Shown piece by piece: positions 26,051-35,660 of a stretch of 64,000 nucleotides of DNA. The notes beneath the pieces were generated by a model. That model ran no database searches. It was given only the letters and a program-made list of their open reading frames with translations, and was not told where the DNA came from. The DNA comes from Amia ocellicauda (lineage: Eukaryota), in contig NC_089863.1 of the NCBI RefSeq assembly GCF_036373705.1, forward strand, positions 18,915,406 through 18,979,405. The letters run 5' to 3'. The translations under genes were made by a program, and so were the position numbers. Each line of letters starts with the position of its first letter. Position 1 is the stretch's first letter.

Positions 26051-26313
26051 CCTCATTATATGGACAACAGTTTCCACTACAGCCTGTTAAACAGTTACAC
26101 ACACAGCAGTGGTCCTTCATGTAGCAGACAGACAGACTGCTGCCTCCCATCTACAGACACTGTCATTGCAAGCTCTGTAGTCAGTTATCAGACATCAACC
26201 GTTGGCCTGATCAGGGTGCGGAGGTGCCATTTCCCATTGGAGTATATATCCCAATGGTAGCAGCCGGCAAAGGCAAATGGTAAGCAAGAAAGAGAGAGTC
26301 TTCTACGGTACAC

Positions 26314-26352
<39 letters not shown>

Positions 26353-26600
26353 GAAGGGGGGGAGAGAGAGAGGGAGGAAGGGAGAAAGAGAGAACGAGAG
26401 ATGCAAAGGAGGAAGAGTTTACAGTTTTAAGGCTTTTTAGTGCATAACAGTGAGAGGCAGCTCCGCAGATCCTCAGGGGACACTGTACAAACGGCGCCCA
26501 TCTCTCTCCACAACTTCTCCTCCTCGCTCCTCTCCCCCTCTCTCTCTCCCTCCTGCTCTCCGGGACCGGCCCTCTCTCCCCCGCCCTCCCGCTGGCCCCC

Positions 26601-26729
26601 TCACTGCTTGCCCACCCCCGGGGCCTGCAGCGTCCCCAGCAGGCCGGAGGCGGCGGTGAAGAGGTTGACCGGGGATGAGCCGTCGGTGATGAGAGTGGAC
26701 TGCAGCCCCAGAGACTGGAGCAGCTTCAC
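26601..26729 (-). CDS. mvp: mvp terminal coding exon ([42 protein letters not shown])
   Basis: Acceptor tgtctctcAG at 26731-26730. Stop TGA at 26603-26601. Matches human [32 protein letters not shown]. Confidence 0.9.
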   Translation of the reverse strand: MKLLQSLGLQSTLITDGSSPVNLFTAASGLLGTLQAPGVGKQ

Positions 26730-26765
26730 CTGAGAGACAGAGGGAGAGAATCGGGTTGGGAGGAG

Positions 26766-26935
26766 TGAGGGTCGGTCACGGTCAATAAATAGTGGTCAGT
26801 GAGGGTCGGTCACGGTCAATATCGGTCAGTGAGGGTCGGTCATGGTCAAGAGCGGTCAGTGAGGGTCGGTCACAGTCAATAGTGGTCAGTGGGGGTCAGT
26901 CATGGTCAATAGCAGTCAGTGAGGGTCAGTTTCCC
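26766..26935. repeat. 30-bp minisatellite (ggtcagtgagggtcggtcacggtcaata..), about 6 copies, in the last mvp intron
   Basis: Tandem near-identical units are visible in the sequence. Confidence 0.85.
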
Positions 26936-27058
26936 ACATGGGAATCAACGGGGCTTAGTAGCGCTCATGTCAGAGAGTGTGAGTCAGTAGTGGTCAGTGT
27001 GGGCTAGCAGTGTTCAGATTGGGTGAGTGAGTCTGTCATGGCCAGCAGTGGTCAGTAC

Positions 27059-27247
27059 CTGCAGCTCGGGCCCTGAGCGGGCGATGTCGCGGACGGTCTC
27101 GGCCCCGATGCTGTCCATCATTGCCTTGAAGCGCTTGCTCTCGATGGTGACCAGCTTCTCCTGCTTCTCCACTTCCAGACGGATGGTCTCCTGCTGGAAC
27201 TGCAGCTCCTGCTCCCGAGCCTTCGCCAGCCTCAGCAGCTCCGCCTC
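27059..27247 (-). CDS. mvp: mvp exon (EAELLRLAKAREQELQFQQETIRLEVEKQEKLVTIESKRFKAMMDSIGAETVRDIARSGPELQ)
   Basis: Acceptor (ct)n-gcAG at 27249-27248. Frame of ORF 27014..27343. Donor CAG|GTACTG at 27058-27057. Confidence 0.9.
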
Positions 27248-27389
27248 CTGCAGAGAGAGAGAGAGAGTGGGGGGTTCATACAGTATAGACACACTGACTG
27301 ACTGACACAGCGTCTGACTGACTGACGCACTGCCTGTGTGCATGTCTGCCTGCCCCAGCCCCGGTCCTGCCCCCGGCCCCAGTCCTCAC

Positions 27390-27516
27390 CGCCTCGATTT
27401 TCTGTGCCTCGGCTCTCAGCTTGGCCTCCTCCACCGCTGCCTCCCCCTGTATGCGCGCCGCCTCCGCCTTGGACTGCGCCTCCGCCTTGGCAGCGCCGGT
27501 GCTCTCCACAGCGGCA
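27390..27516 (-). CDS. mvp: mvp exon ([43 protein letters not shown])
   Basis: Acceptor cgtttcAG at 27518-27517. Frame of ORF 27276..27671. Donor GCG|GTGAGG at 27389-27388. Confidence 0.85.
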
Positions 27517-27722
27517 CTGAAACGGCAGGGCAGCATCAGAGTTGGCACCGCCGGCACCATTACCACGGGCACTACTACTACGATTATTACCACTTTTATT
27601 ATTACTACTAGTATAATAATATTCATAATAATTATTATGTTCATAGTAGCAGAAAAGCTATGTGCATGCACGAATGAGTGAGTGAGTGTGTGTATGGGTG
27701 AGTATGTATGGGAGCAGCTGAC

Positions 27723-27839
27723 CTGAGGGCCTCCAGCTCCAGCAGCTCTTTCCTGGCCTTCTCGGCCTGCGCCTGGTCACTGATGCGCTGCCTCTCCAGC
27801 CGTCCCCGAGCCTCTTGCTCCAGACGCTCCGCCTCGTGC
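27723..27839 (-). CDS. mvp: mvp exon ([39 protein letters not shown], ends phase 2)
   Basis: 112-bp intron. Acceptor (ct)n-cAG at 27841-27840. Frame of ORF 27641..27865. Donor CAG|GTCAGC at 27722-27721. Confidence 0.85.
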
Positions 27840-27951
27840 CTGAGAGAGAGAGAAACAGGAGTCAATACAGTACAGACACAGTGACTGACTAACTAATAGG
27901 TGTAAACAGCACTGCAGGCAGAGGTGTTACAGTGTGTGTGTGTGTGCGTAC

Positions 27952-28163
27952 CGTGCAGATGCCTCCTGTGAGTTGGTGGTGATCTCAATGGCCAGCTGCA
28001 CGCTCTTCTGCAGCGCGTCGCGGGTGCGCTGGTCCACCGGCTCCACGGACTGGATGTCCACGCTGGTGATCATCAGCCCGTTCTGGGGGAAGCACAGGCT
28101 GGAGCGCAGCTTCACCGACTCGTCGAAGCCGAACACGGCCGAGCAGATGATTCGGTTCGAGTT
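27952..28163 (-). CDS. mvp: mvp exon ([70 protein letters not shown], ends phase 2)
   Basis: Acceptor gggacccAG at 28165-28164. Frame of ORF 27927..28136. Donor ACG|GTACGC at 27951-27950. Confidence 0.85.
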
Positions 28164-28281
28164 CTGGGTCCCGGAGAGGTGTGGAGAGAGAGTTTAGCAC
28201 CTCAGGGCCTCAGTCAGTGTGTCGGCGTGTCAGTGTGCAAGTCAGTCAGTGTGTCAGCGTGTGAGGGTGTCAGGGTCACAC

Positions 28282-28426
28282 CTTGTGGAAGTCGTCGAAC
28301 TGCACGGAGGCAACGGCGCCCCTGATGCGGGAGGCCAGGGCCTTGCAGGCGTCGCCGATGAAGTCTGGCACAGAGAAGATCTTGGATGCCTCAGCACCCT
28401 TCGCATCCTGTGACACCTCGAAGTGC
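28282..28426 (-). CDS. mvp: mvp exon ([49 protein letters not shown])
   Basis: Acceptor ctcctctcAG at 28428-28427. Donor AAG|GTGTGA at 28281-28280. Matches human [48 protein letters not shown]. Confidence 0.85.
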
Positions 28427-28578
28427 CTGAGAGGAGCGGAGACACGGCACACTGGGTCACTCTGCAGCTCGTTAGTAGAGACACTCCATAGCTCGTTAAC
28501 CCCGAGTCACACTATAGGAAATACACATGGCACACACAGCCCAGCCCTGCCACACTCACACACTCAGCCCAGCTTTAC

Positions 28579-28776
28579 CAGTTGTAGGAGAGCTGCAGCT
28601 GCAGGCGGGCGTGGTCGGCGGTCTCAATGGTGATGACGTCGGTGCAGAAGTCGGGGCCCAGCAGCAGGCAGATGGCCTTGATGACGTTGGAGCGCTTGGG
28701 CTTGTCCCCCGACAGAGACAGCACGGTGAACTGCTCATCTGGTCCCAGCATCACCAGCTCAGGCCCAAACACCACC
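28579..28776 (-). CDS. mvp: mvp exon ([66 protein letters not shown], ends phase 2)
   Basis: Acceptor ctccctcAG at 28778-28777. Frame of ORF 28575..28775. Donor CTG|GTAAAG at 28578-28577. Confidence 0.9.
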
Positions 28777-28890
28777 CTGAGGGAGAGAGGGAGGGATTAT
28801 AAACACATTGACTGACTAGCTGAGTCTGTATCTAGCAGTCCAAATATTGCCAATATAGCCCAGTCTGTACCCAGCCATTCCCCACTGTAC

Positions 28891-29135
28891 CTGGCCTTCT
28901 TCTCTCTGTAGTCGTACACTTGCACAGCAGCGTTGTGTGGTACCCTGTAGGAGACAACGCGGGTGCGGTCCCTGGGCTCCTCGGGTCCCTGGCGTTCGTG
29001 CCCTCTCCGCTCCGAGCGGTCAGCCAGGGGGTCTTGGGCGGCGGCCAGCAGGCTCTCCACGTTGGGTGGCAGATCCTTCTCCCACAGCTCCTCGTCCTGG
29101 GTCAGCATGTAGGTGTGCCCGATCATGGCACGCAC
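28891..29135 (-). CDS. mvp: mvp exon ([81 protein letters not shown], ends phase 2)
   Basis: Acceptor cctccccAG at 29137-29136. Frame of ORF 28797..29135. Donor CAG|GTACAG at 28890-28889. Confidence 0.9.
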
Positions 29136-29550
29136 CTGGGGAGGGACCGGCCAATGGGGAGCGAGTTAGCGGGACCAAGGAGCCAATGAGGGCTTATTTG
29201 GGCAGGCTGGGGGTGGGGGAATTGAAACTGTCTGAGTTTGAGCCCATTGGTAAATTCCAACACTAGTTAGCATCTCTGTTCTCATAGTAACTGCATTGTC
29301 ATAAACAAGGTAGATGATACATGTGAGGGGGTCAATTTAAGTAACCGAAAATAACCCATATTCCCCATCAATGATAATGGGAAAATGCAAGTCACACAAT
29401 TCATAATCATTAATACTAGTGTAATCATTAAATCACTGACACTAGTAATGACATCACCAATCGTGATAATGACATCAATAAACACTACAAAGAAAGCCTC
29501 TTCCTCTTCCTCTTCCCCTCTCCTCCCTCCCTCCCTCCCTCTCTCTCTAC

Positions 29551-29745
29551 CTTCCCACTCTTGATGTCTCGGATGTAGATCCCCTCGTTCTCGTCCAGCG
29601 GTATGGCCTGTCGCTGTAGCAACACCTCCACCCCCACCGGTGGCACGTATTCCAGCGGCCCACGCAGCATCCAGCGGTCCCCGGGGCGACGGAGCACCCC
29701 CCTCTCCCCTTCCTCTCCCTCCTCCGCTTCCCGCTCCGTCTCCTG
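29551..29745 (-). CDS. mvp: mvp exon ([65 protein letters not shown])
   Basis: Acceptor (ct)n..cactcacAG at 29747-29746 ends a 2.1-kb intron that carries an antisense LINE. Frame of ORF 29485..29697. Donor AAG|GTAGAG at 29550-29549. Confidence 0.9.
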
Positions 29746-29879
29746 CTGTGAGTGAGAGAGAGAGAGAGAGAGGGCGAGTTAATACAGTGCAGACTTACTG
29801 ACCGGACACTGACACTGCACTGAGAGAGAGGGGCATATGATGCCTGCTTTAAAAGCATTGAGTTGAGAGAGAGAGAGAG

Positions 29880-31425
29880 AGAGAGATGACACAGAAGTCA
29901 AATTCCTGCTCTATGCGGATGGCCTAGTCCTGCTGTCGCCCACAGAGCAGGGGCTTCAGCAAAACCTGGCACTGCTAGAGCAGTACTGTCAGTCCTGGGC
30001 CCTGGCAGTAAACATGAAGAAGACAAAGATCATGATCTTCCAAAAAAATACTGTTTTATTAGGTTAAGTATTTTACAATCAAAATAAAAACAAACAAAAC
30101 AAATTTTAATACTTCCAAAAAAAGGCCAGACCTCAGGGAAACAAATACCACTTCACGCTAGGCAACACTACCCTAGAACACACCTCACACTACACTTACC
30201 TGGGCCTGACTATTAGTGCGTCAGGGGGTTTTAACCTGGCAGTGAAGGCACTCAAAGACAAAGCAAGAAGAGCTTTCTACGCAATCAGAAGAAGATTCTA
30301 TAACATTAATATTCCAGTCAAAATCTGGCTCAAACTAATTGACAGTGTGATCCAGCCCATTGCGCTGTACGGTAGTGAAGTATGGGGTCCACTCAGTCAA
30401 CAGGACTACACTAGGTGGGACAGACATCCAATAGAGACCCTGCATGCTGAACTCTATAGAAACATACTGCAGGTGCACAGGAACACACCAAACCACGCAT
30501 GCAGGGCAGAATTAGGCCACTTCCCAACCCTCATTAATATAAAGAAAAGAGCACTGAAATTCTGGATGCACCTGAAGAAAAGTGAGTCAGACTCACTCCA
30601 GTACAAGGCCCTCCAAACCCAAGAGCTCAGCCCTGAAAAGAGTCCCCTGAGTCAGCTGGCCCTGAAGCTCACGGCACTGACCCCCGCTAATACTGCGAAC
30701 AGAGACCAGCTTCAGGTCAGCACTGCTTACCTGCCCCCAATTAGAGTCAACCAAATCATAAAGATAACCAAAACCTCCTATCTGGAACATTGGAACAATG
30801 AAACCAAATCCCAAAGTAAATTGGATTGCTATCGGGCCCTAAACAGAGAATACACCCTGGCAGAGTCTCTCTTCACTGTCAGAGATACGAAGCAGAGACG
30901 GATCCTGACCAAGTACAGTGACCACAGCCTGGCCAGAGAGACGGGCCGACACAGGCAGAGCCGGCTGCCCAGAGAGGAGCAGCGCTGTGGTCACTGCGAG
31001 ACAGGAGAGGTCGAGACAGAGATGCACTTCCTCCTTCACTGCAATAAATATGCCAAAATAAGGGACACATTCTTTAATAAATTCATAAATATTATAAAAT
31101 AATTTTCTGAATTGATAAATCCCCTCCTGGGGGAGGGACACACAGCCCCCCTGGCTGCCCAATATGTAGCCGCCTGCCACTGTGAAAACATACATGAGCA
31201 CCAGCTGTAAACTTGTAAACTATAAATAAAGTAAATGTACATGTCTATTAAGATTTTATTTATAAATTATATTGTACTGTTTCAATTTTTTATTTTTTTT
31301 CCTCCTTTTTCTTACCTTTTATTATTTTTCAATGTATGTATATAATATCAACTGCTTTGGCAACACTACAAAACTGTTTGTCATGCCAATAAAGCACCCT
31401 TGAATTGAATTGAATTGAGAGAGAG
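29880..31425 (+). mobile_element. 5'-truncated non-LTR retrotransposon (L2/CR1-superfamily-like LINE) lying antisense inside an mvp intron
   Basis: The reverse-transcriptase motif ..LLYADGLVLLS.. lies near 29890. ORF 30242..31102 carries the RT thumb/C-terminal domain (..IALYGSEVWGP..) and ends with a zinc-knuckle-like segment (CGHCETGEVETEMHFLLHC). The 3' tail ..caaagcacccttgaattgaattgaattgag(ag)n recurs at other loci in this window. Confidence 0.75.
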
Positions 31426-31887
31426 AGATGAATACAGCCCTGACACAGAGAGAGAAGGGGGTGGTTAAACAGTGAGACACTAATATTATAGTGAATGGGA
31501 GACAGATACATATCTCAGCCCCAGCCACTCCCTCTTTCCGCTCATTCCCCCTCAGTGTCAGTGAAGCACCAGCATCCTTCCCTCTCTCTCTCTCTATTTA
31601 TATGGCCAGTCCGTACCAGTGTGTATATATGACCAGTCTGTATCAGTCTCTATATGGCAAGTCTATAACCCTTATCCAGGGTGACTTACAATTGTTACAA
31701 CATATCAAATTATTTTTACATTTTTTCACATTTTACATTACTGGAGCAATCTAGGTAAAGTATGGCCAGTCTGTACCAGTCTGAATATGACCAGACTGTC
31801 ATAGTGGTCTGTACATGGTCAGTAGAGCACAGTCTGTGTGTGGCTCATCTATAGCAGTGTCTACACCTTGCCCTCCCTCTTGCTCAC

Positions 31888-32013
31888 CCCCTCAGTGTCA
31901 GTGAAAGCCTCCACGGCTCTGAGCACCAGCCCCTCGTCCTCCGACAGGATGTACACGTCTTGGATGCCTTGTTCCAGGTTCTCCCCAGGTTGCAAGAAGA
32001 ACGACTTCTCCCC
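31888..32013 (-). CDS. mvp: mvp exon ([42 protein letters not shown])
   Basis: 99-bp intron. Acceptor (ct)n-cAG at 32015-32014. Donor GGG|GTGAGC at 31887-31886. An alternative in-frame donor AAG|GTGTAG 21 nt downstream would add VSKREGK. Confidence 0.8.
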
Positions 32014-32112
32014 CTGAGAGAGAGAGAGAGCGAGAGAGATGAATACACACACGGACACACAGACAGACACACACACAGTCACCCCCCCAACCCCTGCACC
32101 GCCGCCACCTAC

Positions 32113-32349
32113 CTTGACAACCCTCTTCTGGCCCAGCTGCGGCTTGCCGTCGGGCCCCAGGGGGTCCAGCACCACGCAGTACTGCCGGCCGGTCAGCGTG
32201 GTCACCTGCACCACGCCCACCACCTCCTCGCTCACCTCGGGGATGTGCGCCTCGCAGTCGGCCAGCGTGATCAGCCACTCCTCACCCGTGCGCCGCAGCC
32301 GGCCGCCGGCATCCCGGAACGAGCGCAGCGCCCGCACGTGGAGCGCTTT
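32113..32349 (-). CDS. mvp: mvp exon ([79 protein letters not shown])
   Basis: Acceptor ctcccAG at 32351-32350. Frame of ORF 31861..32436. Donor AAG|GTAGGT at 32112-32111. Confidence 0.9.
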
Positions 32350-32688
32350 CTGGGAGGGAGGGAGTGAGGGAGAGAAGGAAATGACGCTGTGCACTGTGAA
32401 TACAACATGTCTGTTTATATCTGATAAAGTCTTCAATATCTAATGATTGTATCTGTTGTTCCTGAACACTGGGCCTGTCTGGCAATGCTTTGGCCACACT
32501 GATGTCACTCAGTCATGCCCATAAAGCTTCCTTGATTTGAATTGAGAGAGAGAGGGGATGTAATAGAGACAGTCACTCACTGACTGACCGATAGAAACAC
32601 AACAAAGATCAGAGAGAGACTGACAGGCACACAGAGAGACAGTGGGACAGTCACATAGACAGACAGAGGGACGGATGAGCAGCAGTAC

Positions 32689-32783
32689 CTTTTCGGTCAG
32701 TACGAAGGCATTGACAATGTCGATCACCTCCTCGTGGACTCCGGGGAGGTAGGCCCCCACTTTACGCACCAGCCACTCCTCCC
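32689..32783 (-). CDS. mvp: mvp exon ([32 protein letters not shown])
   Basis: Acceptor gccccAG at 32785-32784. Frame of ORF 32509..32853. Donor AAG|GTACTG at 32688-32687. Confidence 0.85.
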
Positions 32784-32959
32784 CTGGGGCGACACACACA
32801 CTGTCACAGTATGACACAGTCTCACACAGACGATCACTTCCACATGCAGTCACACAGCAGTCTCACACATGTCACTCTGTGATTGCTATTCCTGTCCAGT
32901 GTGTAGAGGTCAGTGTCGTGTTTAGTGTGTAGTGAGCGGCGCTGCGGTCAGTGTCTCAC

Positions 32960-33091
32960 CAGTCACTCTCTGATTGCCGTTCCTGTCCAGCCCCTCCTTG
33001 CGGGCGCGCAGCCGGATGGCCTGGTTGTGCTGGATCACCGTGGCCTTCACCGTCTCCATGACCTCCACCTCCTTTCTGGGAATATAGGTCC
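32960..33091 (-). CDS. mvp: mvp exon ([44 protein letters not shown])
   Basis: Acceptor gcgttAG at 33093-33092. Donor ACTG|GTGAGA at 32959-32958. Matches human [32 protein letters not shown]. Confidence 0.8.
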
Positions 33092-33214
33092 CTAACGCAC
33101 AAACACAGCACAGCAGTGCGTCACACCCATCCTGTCAATCTGCTTGTCACTCTCTGTCACTATCACCCACTCACTCCCGGTTCCCCTGTCCCCCGTGTCC
33201 CCAGGATCTCTAAC

Positions 33215-33338
33215 CGGGCCCTTCGAACAGCCACTCGTCCCCAGCGATCCTCTTCTCCCCGTCGGCCTCCTCGAAGTCCAGCAGTGAACGCAGACGCAGG
33301 GCAGAGTCTGGCAGCACCACTTGCAGAGGAGCTATGTT
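33215..33338 (-). CDS. mvp: mvp exon ([41 protein letters not shown], ends phase 1)
   Basis: Acceptor cctccAG at 33340-33339. Frame of ORF 33210..33395. Donor CCG|GTTAGA at 33214-33213. Confidence 0.85.
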
Positions 33339-33627
33339 CTGGAGGTGGGGGGAGGGGGGTGGGAAGACAACCAGTGTGTACAGTGTGTCAGTCAATGTGT
33401 ACAGTCAGTGCATCAGTGTGTACAATGTGTCAGGGTGTACAGTATGTCAGTCCATGTGTACAGTGTGTCAGTCAGTGTGTAGTCAGTGTGTACAGTGCAT
33501 CAGCTAGAGTGTACAGTGCATCAGCCAGAGTGTACAGTCAGTGTGTACAGTGTGTCAATCAATGTGTACAGTCAGTGTGTACAGTGCGTTATCCAGTGTG
33601 TACAGTGTGTCAGTGTAGGATTCAGAC

Positions 33628-33823
33628 CTGCTGCAGCTCCTCTCCAGGGTACAGGGGAAAGGGCTCCTGGGTCAGCCGGATCTCCAGGTCGGCATGGCGC
33701 AGCTTGGCCTGCCCCGCCTGGTCGAACTGGACACGACCCTCGTCATCGCGGGCGACTGGATTGACGATGACACAATAATGGCGCGGGGGCACCATCAGCA
33801 TCCGCACTGGACTGAACAGTACC
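33628..33823 (-). CDS. mvp: mvp exon ([66 protein letters not shown])
   Basis: 84-bp intron. Acceptor (ct)n-cAG at 33825-33824. Same frame as ORF 33622..34056. Donor CAG|GTCTGA at 33627-33626. Confidence 0.85.
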
Positions 33824-33907
33824 CTGAGAGAGAGAGAGGAGAGAAAGGTAAGGAGGGAGGGAGGGAGGGAGTGTGTTTGCAGTGTATTACACGCCCAGTG
33901 TGCGTAC

Positions 33908-34049
33908 CTCTCATTGTCCTGGCGGATGTAGGTGTTGGGCCCGGTCTCGACGCGGGCGATATTGGTGTTCTGGTCGAGCACATGGATGTAGTGGTGGGGG
34001 GGGATGCGGATGATGGATTCAGCAGACATGTCCATACGGCTCTTCTTCG
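33908..34049 (-). CDS. mvp: mvp first major coding exon (..[46 protein letters not shown], ends phase 2)
   Basis: Acceptor (ct)n..cactaatgacAG at 34051-34050 precedes CGAAG. In frame with ORF 33622..34056. The conservative start is the internal ATG at 34035 (MDMSAES...). Matches the human N-terminus [42 protein letters not shown]. Donor AG|GTACGC at 33907-33906. Confidence 0.85.
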
Positions 34050-34990
34050 CTGTCATTAGTGAGAGAGAGAGAAAGAGTTAATATGGACACTGGGAGGACA
34101 CCTGCACAGAGGGAGGGAGGGAGGGAGGGAGGGACTGGCAGTCTAGTGCTGTGCTTTAAATAAGGCAAAATTGTGACTCCCGCCAGCAGTCCTGGACATA
34201 CACAGACAGTTTGCCTATAGGGAAATGTGTGTCAGGTAAGTAATCACAGTTTTGCCTTCAGATTCAGATTCAGATTTCAACAAAACTGCCACAGAGGGTC
34301 CAGGTGGGTCTGCCTAGCAGAGCCCCCGTGCACAGCACCCCCTGTGGCCCCCTCAGGCTATGACAGGTCACAACATAATTTCCTGCTAGTGTGACTGCGT
34401 GCCTTTCTTCCGGTAGTACAATTGCTAATCTCTCTCTTTCAATCAACTGTGGGAAATGGATCTTGAGCTTGGCAGGTGTGATTGTCTGGCGTTTGTTTAG
34501 TAATTTCAGCTCTCAAATTTGATTTTGCTCTTTTTTTATATGCTTTTGCTGGATATCTGTACAGCGGCTCTCCAGAGAGTTCTGTTTTGGAAAGCCATTT
34601 CTTTTATTTTGGTCGTTGCGGTGTTTAAACGCTTCCACTTGTCCCAACCTGGTTTTGCTCGGACAATTTCTCTACAAGTTTTCTGTCGAGCGGCGGTTTT
34701 AGCAGTGCCATTATGACTGGCTTTTCCTATATCTCATTGAGAAGTGGAACTGCCAGATTGAGTCCCAGCTCAGTTGGCTGGTACTGTGTGTTAAGGGACG
34801 TGTTCACTGGGTGCCTCTGTGCTGTTCAGAGCCCCGGTGTATGTTTCAGGTTGTACAGCTTACAGGGCAGGGCGGTGTCAGGAGCACTGTGAGTCGGAGC
34901 GGCTCTTTTTAGGAACACAGCGATTCATTTTGCTCCCTCTCTCTTGGTGCAGTGTCCGTGTACCGCAGTCCCCAGTCAGTCAGTGTGTCT

Positions 34991-35026
<36 letters not shown>

Positions 35027-35480
35027 CATGTAGGTGGATGGGTGGCCGCTCCCTCTTGCCTCCACAGTCAAGAGCTGTACTTTGACCCCGATATACGACT
35101 TCCGCACAAAGACAAAATCAAAGCAGAATCCTTTCTATATGCTGGATTCAAGATAATGCAGAATCCTCTTCAACATCATCACCATAATAATAATAATAAT
35201 AATAATGAATAATAATAATAACAGCAGGATTTTAGATCCCCATTTTGCAACCCACACAGAACACTGGCTGCAAGCGCCTATAAAAACACATAAGCGGACT
35301 TGACATAATAACATATCAGTAACGACAACATCATTATAATATGAATACTATTACTAATCTTAATCGTTTTTCCTTTTATTAAATGCAAGTTTAGCTCCTT
35401 GTCATGCACACCTCATTTTGTTAGAACACAGAAACTTTGGTTTCAATAGCAAACGTCCTGTCAGCCACACAAAACCTCAC

Positions 35481-35499
35481 CTGGAGCGTCTGATGCCAT
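35481..35499 (-). CDS. mvp: putative mvp upstream coding exon (MASDAP + first base of an Ala codon), would give N-terminus [15 protein letters not shown]...
   Basis: On the minus strand cgaacaATGG has a Kozak-like context and ATG GCA TCA GAC GCT CCA G|GTGAGG is a consensus donor. Phase 1 joins in frame to the acceptor-led exon that starts at 34049 (G+CG=Ala). It sits inside the CpG/CCAAT promoter-like block. Confidence 0.4.
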
Positions 35500-35539
35500 T
35501 GTTCGCCGGAGCTGGAGATACGAGCGAGGCTCACGCAAA

Positions 35540-35660
35540 TAAAACGTTTATTCTACTTCTAGAACGGGCAGGAAAGAACGCCGACGTCGTTCTGACAAGC
35601 CACGCCCACCAGGGGCTGCCAGCCAATCAGCGAGGTCGGTGCGGGAACCAGGTGTGGCGA
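35540..35660 (-). promoter_or_regulatory. mvp: putative mvp core promoter: GC/CACCC box (35601-35612) and CCAAT box (35623-35627) upstream of a candidate 5' exon
   Basis: CpG-rich block. It contains gccacgcccacc and agccaatcag 100-140 bp upstream, in the minus-strand sense, of an ATG in good Kozak context. No TATA box. Confidence 0.35.

Larger units (their letters stand above)
26045..35640 (-). other. mvp: gene model span: major vault protein, 16 coding exons (864 aa) plus a putative 5' exon, minus strand
   Basis: The spliced product aligns along its whole length with human MVP as remembered. Examples: [268 protein letters not shown]. All introns are GT-AG. Exon lengths sum to 2595 nt (865 codons) with consistent phases. 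Confidence 0.9.

Noticed and set aside
26766-26935. Regularly spaced ~30-bp direct repeats as a possible CRISPR array
   Set aside because: This is a eukaryotic genome and the repeats are contiguous with no unique spacers, which is typical of a minisatellite inside an intron.
30242-31102. 286-aa ORF as a possible host gene
   Set aside because: It is the C-terminal reverse-transcriptase and zinc-knuckle portion of a LINE. It is 5'-truncated, sits antisense in an mvp intron and is followed by a LINE tail.
33116-33778. 220-aa plus-strand ORF
   Set aside because: It lies antisense across mvp exons and introns. It is Cys/Val/Gln-rich low complexity derived from (CAGT)n-like sequence and is an antisense artefact.
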